This document shows positions 31,235 to 40,461 of a stretch of 40,995 nt of DNA, in pieces. A program made the translations under genes and the position numbers. The first letter of the stretch is position 1. Each line of letters opens with the position of its first letter. Below the pieces are notes generated by a model. That model did no database searches. It had not been told where the DNA came from and saw only the letters and a list, made by a program, of their open reading frames with translations. Location: contig CASGHA010000141.1 in assembly GCA_949319355.1 (NCBI GenBank), positions 1 through 40,995 of the forward strand, read 5' to 3'. Origin of the DNA: an uncultured Methanospirillaceae archaeon. GTDB lineage: Archaea > Halobacteriota > Methanomicrobia > Methanomicrobiales > Methanospirillaceae.

Positions 31235-32233
31235 TTATATGAACACCTCTGTGACGATCTCTGCAGCAAGTGCATTCATCTGGAGGAACTCATTGTTTCC
31301 GTTTATCACCGAAACGTCCGCCCTGCCGATGAGGGCCACGATACGCGGGTGATAATAATCACGCCTGGCCACCCTGAGCAGCTCCAGAAGCACTTCCCTC
31401 CCTGAAAGTCCATACTCAAGCATCAGCGATTCGAGCCGGCGCTGGGCTGAAGGGATATCGCGTTCCTGCATCGCCCTGAATGCCGAAGCAGCAACAGTGT
31501 TCGTTTCCGGCTGGACGGACCTGGTCAGGTCGAATGTCCTGCCCGAACAGGCGGCAACCTCCAGAAGGATGATGGCCCGTCGCAGGTCACCCTGTGCATG
31601 AAGGGTGATCAGTTCAAGGGTATCCGTGCTTACCGTCTCCCCCTGGATCTTCTCTGCCTCCATGATCCTGTCAAGGACGCGTCTAATCTCTTCCGGGGGC
31701 ACCGGGGTAAAGGTAATTGGAAGGCACCGGGAGCTGATGGCAGGGATAATTCCGGAAGGTCTCGTCGTCTCGAGGATGAACCTGCAGGTGGATGAATACC
31801 GTTCCATTGTCCTCCTGAGCGAGGCCTGGGCATCATGGGTCAGGGTATGGGCGTCCTCGAACACGAAGAGCTTGAACGGGGCGTTGAACGGCTGGAGCGA
31901 GGCGTACCAGCGGATAATATATTTGAAATTGGTTAGCAGGGACTCATCTTTCCTGTAGAGGTGTGAAAAACGATCGTCCTGTTCAAGTCCCGACCGACCA
32001 CGCTGGAGGACCTCCGAGGTCCCGATGATGGTAGTGTTCTCGGCCCAGTAATCACCATACAGGGCTTTTGCCAGTCCTTCTATGGCAAGAGACTTGCCTG
32101 TCCCGTGCGGCCCGGAAACGATGAGGTGGGGGACATTCCCGGAAGCAGCCGATGCCCTGAGGCGTGAGATGGCGGACTGCTGGTACACGATGCCGTCAAA
32201 ACCGCTCGGGCGGTATTTTTCAATCCAGAGCAT
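31235..32233 (-). CDS. Divergent replication factor C small-subunit paralogue (clamp-loader-like AAA+)
   Basis: MLWIEKYRP (RFC box II), Walker A GPHGTGKS, Walker B position LFVFEDAH, SSRC arginine-finger motif, sensor-2-like GDLRRAI. Start is ATG 32233, preceded by GGGAGG; the track ORF extends to 32290. Confidence 0.75.
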   Translation of the reverse strand: MLWIEKYRPSGFDGIVYQQSAISRLRASAASGNVPHLIVSGPHGTGKSLAIEGLAKALYGDYWAENTTIIGTSEVLQRGRSGLEQDDRFSHLYRKDESLLTNFKYIIRWYASLQPFNAPFKLFVFEDAHTLTHDAQASLRRTMERYSSTCRFILETTRPSGIIPAISSRCLPITFTPVPPEEIRRVLDRIMEAEKIQGETVSTDTLELITLHAQGDLRRAIILLEVAACSGRTFDLTRSVQPETNTVAASAFRAMQERDIPSAQRRLESLMLEYGLSGREVLLELLRVARRDYYHPRIVALIGRADVSVINGNNEFLQMNALAAEIVTEVFI

Positions 32234-32951
32234 GGGTGAGCCTCCCTGATATTTCGTCGATTGCGTCTTTGAGAAAAATGGTATTGTCACAGGATCGTAT
32301 CAGGGTTTCAGTCCTTTCGCGGTCCAGGCTCCTGCAGAACCTGGATATATTCGGGATGGCACGGGTCACTTCATCAACGACCGTCAGGGTCGCGGTCCGT
32401 GCCGTCCTTGAAAGGGGGTTGAGGTCAATGGCGATCACCTTTTTGCCCATCGAGACAAGGGCGGAGCAACGGTCTCCGTCTTCAAGGGGGACCAGGATGA
32501 CATCCGCGGCGAACATGCCATTTTTAAGACAGAGCGCCCTGTCGTGGGAGAGGGGGAGGAGTCGTTCGGCCTTTCCGGATAGTACCACAACCCCGTTGTC
32601 CCGCAGCAGTGTGCTGATCTTTTCGACTCTCTCTTCCGTCCTGTGGAACAGGTTCACCTCCACCGCAGCACCCGAGGCCTCCTGGAGCTCATGGATAAGG
32701 TCTGCACAGAGTGCGGCCGTGTTCCCGTTGACAGAGATGACCGGTGACCGTGCGGCAAGGAGCATTGCTGCTGCCGTCTCTTCAGCAAGAAAGGCGCTTT
32801 TTATTGTTTTTTCCCCAAGCAGGTAATCAAAGGCCTCACCTCTCCCATGAGCGGCAAGGCCCTCCAGGGTGACGATACCTTCTCCCGCAAATCGGGATAT
32901 CTTCTCGCGGGCGATGAGTGAAGTATAACGGGGATGGTCGGCTGGGATCAT
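32220..32951 (-). CDS. 4-phosphopantoate--beta-alanine ligase (archaeal phosphopantothenate synthetase)
   Basis: IPADHPRYTSLIAREK...GLAAHGRGEAFDYLLGEKT is the hallmark N-terminus of the archaeal PPS family (COG1701). It sits next to pantoate kinase and coaBC. Confidence 0.85.
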   Translation of the reverse strand: MIPADHPRYTSLIAREKISRFAGEGIVTLEGLAAHGRGEAFDYLLGEKTIKSAFLAEETAAAMLLAARSPVISVNGNTAALCADLIHELQEASGAAVEVNLFHRTEERVEKISTLLRDNGVVVLSGKAERLLPLSHDRALCLKNGMFAADVILVPLEDGDRCSALVSMGKKVIAIDLNPLSRTARTATLTVVDEVTRAIPNISRFCRSLDRERTETLIRSCDNTIFLKDAIDEISGRLTHALD

Positions 32952-33814
32952 GGTCTGCCTCTGTTCAGTATCCTTGGGCCCTGTTCGGCGGCTTGTAATT
33001 CATATACATGTCCGTACTCGGTGAGAACCTCACGTGCCCGTTGCCCATAGGCAAAGATCCCGTTACCGAGCATGGTCATACTTGCCAGGACCCCTGTCCT
33101 GTCGCATTCGCAGAGAACCTCCCCGACTTCAGGGAGGATCAGGCCGCTGTCCCTTGCAAATGCCCTGGAAAGGGTGAAGAGTTCATGGACCGTGTCTGGG
33201 CACTTTCCGGGCCATGCCCTCATGACCGCATCAAGCCTGTCCCGGGATGAAAGGACCGAGGGCGAATCAAGGGAACTCAGGGTCACTGCATAGAGTGGTT
33301 CGGTGACATCGTGCCACCTGCGTATCTTCCCGCCTACACCCGGGGAGAGCCTGCAATCCCTACCTCCTCCAATTGCAGCCGCTACATCTCCAAGGCCGGT
33401 CTTATGGACTATCTCTGCCTCGTGGGCCAGGGCGGCGCAGGCCATGAGACCCGGCGGCTCCGGCAGCAGTGCACCTGCGGCCAGTGCCGTTGCGATCAGT
33501 GCTGCGGCGGACAGGCCGAAGCCGGCTGATATAGGGAGGTGACACCTGGTCAGAACGGCTGCCTGCACTCCCATCCTGTCGAGCAGCCAGGTTATTGGCG
33601 GTGATGAGTCCAGGCGGGCTATCACTGTGTCGTCCGCCCCGAGCTGGAGAACGGTTACCATTGTTTCATCGGCGTATGAAACACAGGCCTCTACACCTTC
33701 GTGAATGACGATGCCCGCCCCGAGGCTCCCTGTTTCAGCAGGGGTCTTCCCGGTTACCGGGCGGAAGTACCCTGATATGTGCCCAGGGCAGAATGCCGAA
33801 CCGCTTCTCTCCAT
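32948..33814 (-). CDS. Pantoate kinase (GHMP kinase superfamily, archaeal CoA pathway)
   Basis: N-terminal AFCPGHISGYF and GHMP motif PISAGFGLSAAALIATALA. Operon context with PPS and CoaBC. Confidence 0.8.
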   Translation of the reverse strand: MERSGSAFCPGHISGYFRPVTGKTPAETGSLGAGIVIHEGVEACVSYADETMVTVLQLGADDTVIARLDSSPPITWLLDRMGVQAAVLTRCHLPISAGFGLSAAALIATALAAGALLPEPPGLMACAALAHEAEIVHKTGLGDVAAAIGGGRDCRLSPGVGGKIRRWHDVTEPLYAVTLSSLDSPSVLSSRDRLDAVMRAWPGKCPDTVHELFTLSRAFARDSGLILPEVGEVLCECDRTGVLASMTMLGNGIFAYGQRAREVLTEYGHVYELQAAEQGPRILNRGRP

Positions 33815-34929
33815 AGTGCTCCTGCAAGTTCCTCCTTATTCCCTTCAACCTCGACCCGTTCTGTTCTGGTAATAATGACCGCTTTTCCTGTCGTCGCACC
33901 CAGCATGCCGGGTTGGTTTGCAAAGACCAGGGATGCTCCCTTCTCCAGGAGATCCTCTGCCTCTGAAGCAGCGTTCTCACCGAGCTTGAACGCTATGGTA
34001 AATGGGTTGCACCGCTTCATGACCTCGTCGATGACCTTGGGAAGTGGTCGCAGTCTGATGTCCACTGGCTTCCCCGACGGGATCTTGCCAGGCACCTGTT
34101 CCGGGGCGAAGTCCGAGATGGCGGCCGCACTCACATAGATGTCCGGGGGCGAGTCCTCGCACAGGGCAAGTACCGCCTCCATCATCTCGGCGGCGGTCAT
34201 CACCGGGACGTTTTCCACAACCGGAAACACTCCTTCATGGACCACGCTGACCTGGGCCCCGAGCCTGAAGGCCTGGAGGGCAACCTCGCGTCCCATCATG
34301 CCTGACGAACGGGACGTGAGCACCCTGACATCGTCAACGGGTTCGCGGCACGGCCCGCTGGTAACAAGGACCCGCTTTCCTTTCAGGGGCCTCCCCATGA
34401 GGGCCCGCTCTGCATACAGGACAATGACCTCGTTTTCGGCAATTTTCGCCCGCCCCTCATCGACCCTCGCGGGAATAACCGTCACACCCCAGGAACCGAG
34501 CCTGGTGATATGGCCGCTCATGGCAGGGTGACGGTACATCGAGCCGTGCATCGCCGGGGCGAGTATGACAGGAATCCCGCTCCCGAGTGCCGTGGTGGCA
34601 AAGGTCGTTACCGGGGTGTCGTCAATCCCGCATGAGATCTTGCCGAGCGTATTGGCCGTGCACGGCGCGATCAGGAGGAGGTCTGCCCTGCCCTCCTCAC
34701 CACACCACTCGACATGCTCGACGAGCCCGCTACAACGGGTGATTGTCTCTCGACCCGTAGCATACGTCAGGGCATCGGGGTGGAGTATCCCGGCGGCCGC
34801 CGCGCTCATCACTCCCTGCACGCATGCCCCCCTCCTCCGCAGGGCATGTGCAAGTCTGATAGTTTCTACAGCAGCGATGCTCCCGGTCACGGCAAGCACG
34901 ATCTCCTTTCCCTCAAGGGTCAGGGTCAT
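33754..34929 (-). CDS. coaBC: Bifunctional phosphopantothenoylcysteine decarboxylase / phosphopantothenate--cysteine ligase
   Basis: Flavoprotein half (AVTGSIAAVETIRLAHALRRRGA; PCTANTLGKISCGIDD) and CoaB half (VTSGPCREPVDDVRVLTSRSSGMMG). Confidence 0.9.
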   Translation of the reverse strand: MTLTLEGKEIVLAVTGSIAAVETIRLAHALRRRGACVQGVMSAAAAGILHPDALTYATGRETITRCSGLVEHVEWCGEEGRADLLLIAPCTANTLGKISCGIDDTPVTTFATTALGSGIPVILAPAMHGSMYRHPAMSGHITRLGSWGVTVIPARVDEGRAKIAENEVIVLYAERALMGRPLKGKRVLVTSGPCREPVDDVRVLTSRSSGMMGREVALQAFRLGAQVSVVHEGVFPVVENVPVMTAAEMMEAVLALCEDSPPDIYVSAAAISDFAPEQVPGKIPSGKPVDIRLRPLPKVIDEVMKRCNPFTIAFKLGENAASEAEDLLEKGASLVFANQPGMLGATTGKAVIITRTERVEVEGNKEELAGALWREAVRHSALGTYQGTSAR

Positions 34930-35798
34930 GCGAAAACCTCGCAGTCATGTACTTCGTGCCAGACATGGGGGCGGAACTTTTTAACCCTGTGCATGGTGGT
35001 CCTTACCCTGTACCCCGCCCTGGAAAAGTCCTCTTCAAGGTTTCCTGTCAAATCTGAAAGAGTATGACAGTGAACGGTGCTGCCTGGTGCAAGGTGGCCT
35101 GCAAGGGAGGATATGAATGAAGGGCTCTCGAAGTGACCTATGACGACCCGGTCATACAGGCCGTCAAGATGGGTCCTTGAGTCACCGCAACGGGCGGATA
35201 TACAGGATTCGAGGTTGTTCGAGGTGATGTTGCGGAGCAGGAAACGGAACGAAGCGGGATTGATCTCCGAGGCCTCCACATTCGCCCCTGCCCGTGCCAT
35301 GGGCAGGGTGAAATAACCTATTCCTGCGCACATATCAGCGACCCGCTCACGGGGGGAGACGAGCGATGCGAGCCGCTCCTTTTCCTCCCGGTTCCCCATG
35401 GCGAACATCACTGCACCCGGGTCGAGGTGGTACAGCAGCCCGCCCTCCCTGTGGACTGTTTCACCCGCGGAACCGTATAACACCGATGTCCTGGGCACCC
35501 TCATAACCCCTTCAGGTGGACCTGTCCAGACGATCCCTCTCGGTTTTTTCCACCTGACGATGGCGTCCAGCTCCCTGTTACTCGGGCGTTTGCCGTGCAC
35601 TACGGCGATATCACCGAGCATGAAGTATCCGCGGGACCGGTATGGTTCCCGCTCTTTGAGATCCATGTCTGATTCAAAGCCCTGCCTGACTGGTACATAG
35701 GCAATTCCATCCCGTACATGGCACCGGCGTTCAGGGTCTACCCATGGTTCCCGGGCGATACGGGGGAGTTCGCACCTTGATAGGACACGGACACGCAT
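34926..35798 (-). CDS. trm5: Trm5/Taw22-type tRNA methyltransferase (Met-10+ like)
   Basis: SAM-binding DMCAGIGYFTLPMA, with family-typical length and layout. Start ATG 35798 lies 1 nt after the NMD3 stop; the track ORF extends to 35816. Confidence 0.7.
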   Translation of the reverse strand: MRVRVLSRCELPRIAREPWVDPERRCHVRDGIAYVPVRQGFESDMDLKEREPYRSRGYFMLGDIAVVHGKRPSNRELDAIVRWKKPRGIVWTGPPEGVMRVPRTSVLYGSAGETVHREGGLLYHLDPGAVMFAMGNREEKERLASLVSPRERVADMCAGIGYFTLPMARAGANVEASEINPASFRFLLRNITSNNLESCISARCGDSRTHLDGLYDRVVIGHFESPSFISSLAGHLAPGSTVHCHTLSDLTGNLEEDFSRAGYRVRTTMHRVKKFRPHVWHEVHDCEVFA

Positions 35799-35799
35799 C

Positions 35800-36837
35800 T
35801 TATCCGACCAGAACAACCGATCCCTGGTGGACCAGGTACCTTACCCTTCCACCCGGTTTTACCTTCAGCCAGGGACGGACACGGGCTTCAATCGTCCTGC
35901 TCGTTTCGGGGTCGATGATGCCGATGACATCCCCGTCCCGGTACGCTACCTCCCCCGTGAGTGCATTAGCAGAGTTCCCGATGACCGCCCCGGTCTCCTC
36001 TTCCCGGATGGTCCTGATGGACCCGCTCACAATGTCGAAAACGCTCAGGTCATGACCGTCCTGGTTGAGTACCTCGGCCAGGTGACCCCGGGCGGAAATG
36101 ATGTCGCCCCGGGAAAGGCGGGGGAGCCGGACAAGGTACGTTATCCGGTAGAGCTTGCGGCCGTCCTTTTCTCCGAACAGTTTTGGGTGCGTGGTGAGAC
36201 GCCCCCCAAGCTGGTGGATAATCTCCGATGCAATCTGCTGACCTATCTGCTGCGAGCCAACCGTGATATCGACACCGTCCTTTGATTCGCTCATCCTTGA
36301 GACAAACGACAGGCGTTCCCCCCCTTCCTGAAGGGTGTTTTCTATTTCGGTTGCTATCTGCATCGCCCTGTCGATTTCCGTCATGTTGGGCCGGCGATCG
36401 ACCGCCCTGACCTGGATAATTCCTTCCCAGTAGTTCCCGGTCAGGCGGTTACACCTGTCGCACTGCTCTTTCCTCCAGAGGACCTCAATCCTGCATTCAC
36501 CCTCCATCTGGTTGCCGTACAGGGAACCCCTGACCGAAACGGTTGCGAACGAACGGTTTTCACTCACCTGCCCGATAACCAGTGAAACGACCGGAGACCG
36601 AACGTCGGGATGGAAATGAACCGCCTGCCGCACCAGTTCCTCTTCGAGGACCCGCAGGGGTACCCCGGTATCAGCCCACCTTCCACCTTTCTTGACCGCA
36701 TCACACGAAGGACACCGGACAGGCTCGATGCGCTGGTCACAGGTAAACCAGGTAACGGTACCTGCCCGGCACCGGTTGCATACTCCTTCTTCAGCCGGTC
36801 CGCCGCATAACGGACATATCGCGTCCCTTATTCCCAT
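35800..36837 (-). CDS. NMD3-family protein (archaeal homologue of the 60S export/biogenesis adaptor)
   Basis: N-terminal Cys pairs (CPLCGG...CNRC...CPSC), a central CDRCNRLTGNYWEGIIQVR motif, and the ~345 aa length typical of COG1499. Confidence 0.85.
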   Translation of the reverse strand: MGIRDAICPLCGGPAEEGVCNRCRAGTVTWFTCDQRIEPVRCPSCDAVKKGGRWADTGVPLRVLEEELVRQAVHFHPDVRSPVVSLVIGQVSENRSFATVSVRGSLYGNQMEGECRIEVLWRKEQCDRCNRLTGNYWEGIIQVRAVDRRPNMTEIDRAMQIATEIENTLQEGGERLSFVSRMSESKDGVDITVGSQQIGQQIASEIIHQLGGRLTTHPKLFGEKDGRKLYRITYLVRLPRLSRGDIISARGHLAEVLNQDGHDLSVFDIVSGSIRTIREEETGAVIGNSANALTGEVAYRDGDVIGIIDPETSRTIEARVRPWLKVKPGGRVRYLVHQGSVVLVG

Positions 36838-36838
36838 A

Positions 36839-37132
36839 TCAGATCCGGACTACCTGCGCGTGGGGGACCGTCCCAAGGAGAACGCATGCTTCCTTATCCA
36901 CGACACCAAGTAAAAGGGCAAGCTTCACACTCCGCTCACCGATGATGTTGATATTGTCAGCCCTGGAGAGGATAGCTACGACCTCTTCTTCCGGCCTTTC
37001 CTCGGTCCCGTAGAACGAGCCGCTGATCGTTATCGGGAGATCCCCGTGCATAATGGTCGTATTGACGAGTTCCCTGTCACATAGAGCTACGACTTCGGTC
37101 CCGTCCTGTGCACGGTGCACCTTGCAGAACAT
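36839..37132 (-). CDS. DUF424-family archaeal protein
   Basis: MFCKVHRAQDGTEVVALCDRELVN...FYGTEE...NIIGERSV...VPHAQVV matches my recollection of DUF424. Preferred start is ATG 37132; the track ORF to 37228 would overlap the TatD-like gene. Confidence 0.55.
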   Translation of the reverse strand: MFCKVHRAQDGTEVVALCDRELVNTTIMHGDLPITISGSFYGTEERPEEEVVAILSRADNINIIGERSVKLALLLGVVDKEACVLLGTVPHAQVVRI

Positions 37133-37178
37133 TGTAGATAGTATCCGGCGGGAAGGGGCATAAATGTCGTTGAAGGGA

Positions 37179-38009
37179 TCAGGAAAGTTCGATTTCCACG
37201 CCGTATACTGTTTCCGGTGTCTCTGCATGGATGATATATGCCTGTTCCACAGTGATTCTGCCCGTTTCTATCAGTTTTTTTGTAAACCTCGGGACTGACT
37301 TCGGACCTGTGACCGCACCAGGACGCGAATTTTCGTCCATGTAATCGCTTTCAAGGGTGAAACGACGCCCTCTGCATGCCATGTCCGCAATTTCCTCGTG
37401 CGTGGCAATGAGGGAAGGGTGGAGTGGTGTATCCGGGGAACCGTAATGCTTTACCACCCGGGACGGGTCGGCTCCCACCTTCCTTGCCATGTCGATGATG
37501 TCAGTGCACGGGCCGGTCTCGGCATGGACCTGGACTGCACAGGAAAGCCTGCCGGCAAGGGAGAGGGCGTGAAACAGGACCTCATCTGATGCGTTCTGTA
37601 CGTCCTCTGATACTTCGTAGTGCGGCCTTCCGCTCTTGAGAGCGACGGCCAGGCCCTCGCTTACGTACCCTGCAGCGACAGTCAGGCCTTCCTTCATAAT
37701 GGAGGCCGCCCGTTCAAGGCCTATCTCATCAGCAAGCCGTGTTATTTCCGCCGGGTGGACTCCAAGGACAGGGAATACGACGAGACCTGTATCCCGGATG
37801 CCATCGGCCACTACCAGGGTTTCATCAAAGACCTTCCGGTAATCGGACCCCTTCCTGGGAGTCACCCCGTGTGACCAGGATGGTTTTGATACGAGAAAGA
37901 GATGTGTCCCCCCCGCCTTCATGAAGTCCCTGGCCGCGTCGAGGCCCCTGCCGTGGACCGGGTCTATGTGGATATGGTCGTCAGTTAAGGGGATCGCAGG
38001 GAGCTTCAT
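37179..38009 (-). CDS. TatD-related metal-dependent hydrolase (TIM-barrel amidohydrolase fold)
   Basis: N-terminal metal-binding LTDDHIHIDP and later H/E/D ligand positions (VQVHAE, VKHYG, ESDY). ~276 aa. Confidence 0.7.
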   Translation of the reverse strand: MKLPAIPLTDDHIHIDPVHGRGLDAARDFMKAGGTHLFLVSKPSWSHGVTPRKGSDYRKVFDETLVVADGIRDTGLVVFPVLGVHPAEITRLADEIGLERAASIMKEGLTVAAGYVSEGLAVALKSGRPHYEVSEDVQNASDEVLFHALSLAGRLSCAVQVHAETGPCTDIIDMARKVGADPSRVVKHYGSPDTPLHPSLIATHEEIADMACRGRRFTLESDYMDENSRPGAVTGPKSVPRFTKKLIETGRITVEQAYIIHAETPETVYGVEIELS

Positions 38010-38337
38010 GGACTGATACGACTTTCATCATCGGGTAATCTCCTTCAGGTCTAAGCCGGGCCTTGCATGCAATGCCGTTTACAAGGGTCGTGATCTCCAC
38101 CTCGAACATCATGCCCGCCAGTTCCGAGTACCCGAAGGGGTTCGGGCTCATGAGTGACCGGTCCAGGTGAACGCTGATGTCGTCGACATATGGCTGGAGG
38201 AGGACACTCTGTTCAATTGCCGTTTCAAGTGAGGCAGCGGTACTCCGGGAGACCGGCGTGCCGACCCACTGGTGGTACAGGGCACCCAGCTTGATTCCCG
38301 CCTCGAAGACTGCAAGTTCACGGTCTCGTCTGTCCAT
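37981..38337 (-). CDS. mptD: Archaeal dihydroneopterin aldolase MptD-like protein (methanopterin biosynthesis)
   Basis: 118 aa. FEAGIKLGALYHQWVGTPVS and C-terminal DYPMMKV match my recollection of the archaeal DHNA (COG2098) family. Confidence 0.55.
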   Translation of the reverse strand: MDRRDRELAVFEAGIKLGALYHQWVGTPVSRSTAASLETAIEQSVLLQPYVDDISVHLDRSLMSPNPFGYSELAGMMFEVEITTLVNGIACKARLRPEGDYPMMKVVSVHEAPCDPLN

Positions 38338-38346
38338 GTTAACCTA

Positions 38347-40461
38347 TCAGTTGATGAGTTTGATAATCCCTGTCTTTGGTTCCATGGCTTCCCCGGCCCT
38401 GATGAACAGTTCTATCTGCTTCCTAACATCATCCTTCGGGTGACCGCGTTCGGTTACCCGCTCGATGACATCTTCCAGACGTGCCCTGCCGTTTTCATCG
38501 GCAAGTGAGCGGATCACTTCCTTGATCTCCCTGATAAGGTCACGTTTTCCCTTGGAGATCCCGGTCACCACCTTATCTATGTCGAACTGCCCTGTCTTGG
38601 CATCATAAGCTACCTGTTTAAGACATTCATCCACGATCCTGATGACTCGGACAGCATCATCCGGCTCGATCTGCGAGGATAACCGGATTCGCGCACTGGC
38701 CTCGGCCAGCCTGACGAGGGCCTCGAGCTGCCGCGCAGTCACGGGTACCGGCTTGCTGGCGTCAGCAAGGCCCCTTAAGTGCATGTAATACTCGATCAGC
38801 TTGTTCCTCGCTCCCTCGGTGAGTATGGGAAAGCAGGTCCGTTTTGCATACGCGACGTACTTCCTGAAGAGCTGGGGGTCGATGTCGGGGGTGACCGGTT
38901 TTAACTGGGCTTCGATGTAAGCGTCGTCAACACCAGGCACAGGGGTGTGGGCGTGCTGGGTAATGAGCTCCCCGATGCCATGGGCCTTGAGGATGTGACC
39001 TGCAATGGCAGTGTCGAGCGCCTCATTCGGCTTATCGGTCATGACGAATATCAGGTCAAAACGGGAGAGGAGCGATGGCGGCATGTTGATCTGCTCGGCA
39101 ATCGGCGCGAAATCATCAAACCTCCCGTACTTCGGATTTGCTGCACCGAGGAGGGCGCACCGTGACTTCAGGGTCGCTGTAATGCCCGCCTTGGCAACGC
39201 TGATGGACTGTTGTTCCATCGCCTCGTGGAGTGCCGAACGGTCCTCCTTGTGCATCTTGTCCATTTCGTCGACACATGCCACCCCCATGTCGGCAAGGAC
39301 CAGGGCTCCCGCTTCCAGCGTCCACCTGCCATCCCCGAACTCGTCCTTGACCGCAGTCGCTGTGAGGCCCGCCGAAGTGGACGACTGGCCGCTTGTATAG
39401 ATACCCCTCGGAGACAGCCGGACGACGTACCGGAGCAGCTGGCTTTTCGCAATGCCCGGGTCCCCGATCAGGAGGACGTGGATGTCACCACGGAGGTGGC
39501 TCCCGTCAGGCATCTCCTTCATGATCCCGCCAAAGAGCTGGAGGGCTATAGCTTCCTTCACGTCCTCGTTTCCGTAGATCGTCGGGGCTATCGAGTGGGA
39601 TATTTTATGGTATACCTGGGTGTCCTTTGAGAGGTTCCTTATTGTCTCCTCGTCCTTCTCGTCAATCTCGACCTCTTCATACTCTTTCTCTGCGACTTCG
39701 ATCGAGTTGCACTCAAGGTAGATGTCGAAGATGGTACTCTTTGTCCCCTGGGTCACCCGCTGGATAGACCTCAGGATCCCGTTCATGATCACCCTGTCCC
39801 CGGGTGTCACCATGCCGGTCAGGTCATCAGTGGCGTCCACGTCAAGTGTCTGCGGCTGTTCACCGCCACGGAGCCCTTCAGGGGACTCCTGTATCCTTAG
39901 TTTCTGGGAGTCGGTGAACTCTGAGAGCCGTATGATCAGGTCAAACTTCTTGTTGGTGCACCCTTCCGTCCTGCAGGTATCAGGTTCCCTGAACTGCCCG
40001 TAACCCTGCTCCTTTTCTGTTTTATGGCCGGCAGCACACCGGAATACCGCACGGGTGATCCTGGGCCTTACCTCGGTGGTCTTTCTGAGGATCCCTTCGA
40101 CACTGATGAAAGTGTTGATGTCCTCGGCGCGTATGTGCCTTACCCCGATCTTACGCGGAAGGTTGGTGAACCGAACGTTGATCTTCGGGGCCTCCCTGCC
40201 CTCCTTCCCCTTTACCAGCCGGTGGTTGGTTATGGTATCGCCAATCTCGGCCAGGATTTTTCCCGGGTTGGCAAGGAGCTCGTCGGCAAGCCGTATCCCC
40301 TGCCTCCCGAACCCTTCGAGGTCTCTGTAGTTTATATTGAGAGAACGTTTGTACGGATATTCCCGGGTCAGTTCGAGGAGTTGCTTCTTGTACCTGGTCT
40401 TTAAAAAACGGCTCCACTCAGCATCCCGGTCAGTTACCTCAACCTCGATTTCACCCTCCAT
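38347..40461 (-). CDS. mcm: MCM replicative helicase
   Basis: 704 aa. Walker [10 protein letters not shown], Walker [10 protein letters not shown], arginine finger SRFDLIF, an N-terminal OB/Zn region, and a C-terminal winged-helix-like tail. Confidence 0.95.
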   Translation of the reverse strand: MEGEIEVEVTDRDAEWSRFLKTRYKKQLLELTREYPYKRSLNINYRDLEGFGRQGIRLADELLANPGKILAEIGDTITNHRLVKGKEGREAPKINVRFTNLPRKIGVRHIRAEDINTFISVEGILRKTTEVRPRITRAVFRCAAGHKTEKEQGYGQFREPDTCRTEGCTNKKFDLIIRLSEFTDSQKLRIQESPEGLRGGEQPQTLDVDATDDLTGMVTPGDRVIMNGILRSIQRVTQGTKSTIFDIYLECNSIEVAEKEYEEVEIDEKDEETIRNLSKDTQVYHKISHSIAPTIYGNEDVKEAIALQLFGGIMKEMPDGSHLRGDIHVLLIGDPGIAKSQLLRYVVRLSPRGIYTSGQSSTSAGLTATAVKDEFGDGRWTLEAGALVLADMGVACVDEMDKMHKEDRSALHEAMEQQSISVAKAGITATLKSRCALLGAANPKYGRFDDFAPIAEQINMPPSLLSRFDLIFVMTDKPNEALDTAIAGHILKAHGIGELITQHAHTPVPGVDDAYIEAQLKPVTPDIDPQLFRKYVAYAKRTCFPILTEGARNKLIEYYMHLRGLADASKPVPVTARQLEALVRLAEASARIRLSSQIEPDDAVRVIRIVDECLKQVAYDAKTGQFDIDKVVTGISKGKRDLIREIKEVIRSLADENGRARLEDVIERVTERGHPKDDVRKQIELFIRAGEAMEPKTGIIKLIN

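Noticed and set aside
33754-33814. 61-nt overlap between the coaBC 3' end and the pantoate kinase start, considered as a possible frameshift or mis-assembly
   Set aside because: Both proteins look complete: CoaBC carries all expected motifs, and PoK begins with the conserved AFCPGHISGYF shortly after its Met. The extra CoaBC tail is short and unstructured-looking, so a genuine overlap is the simpler explanation.
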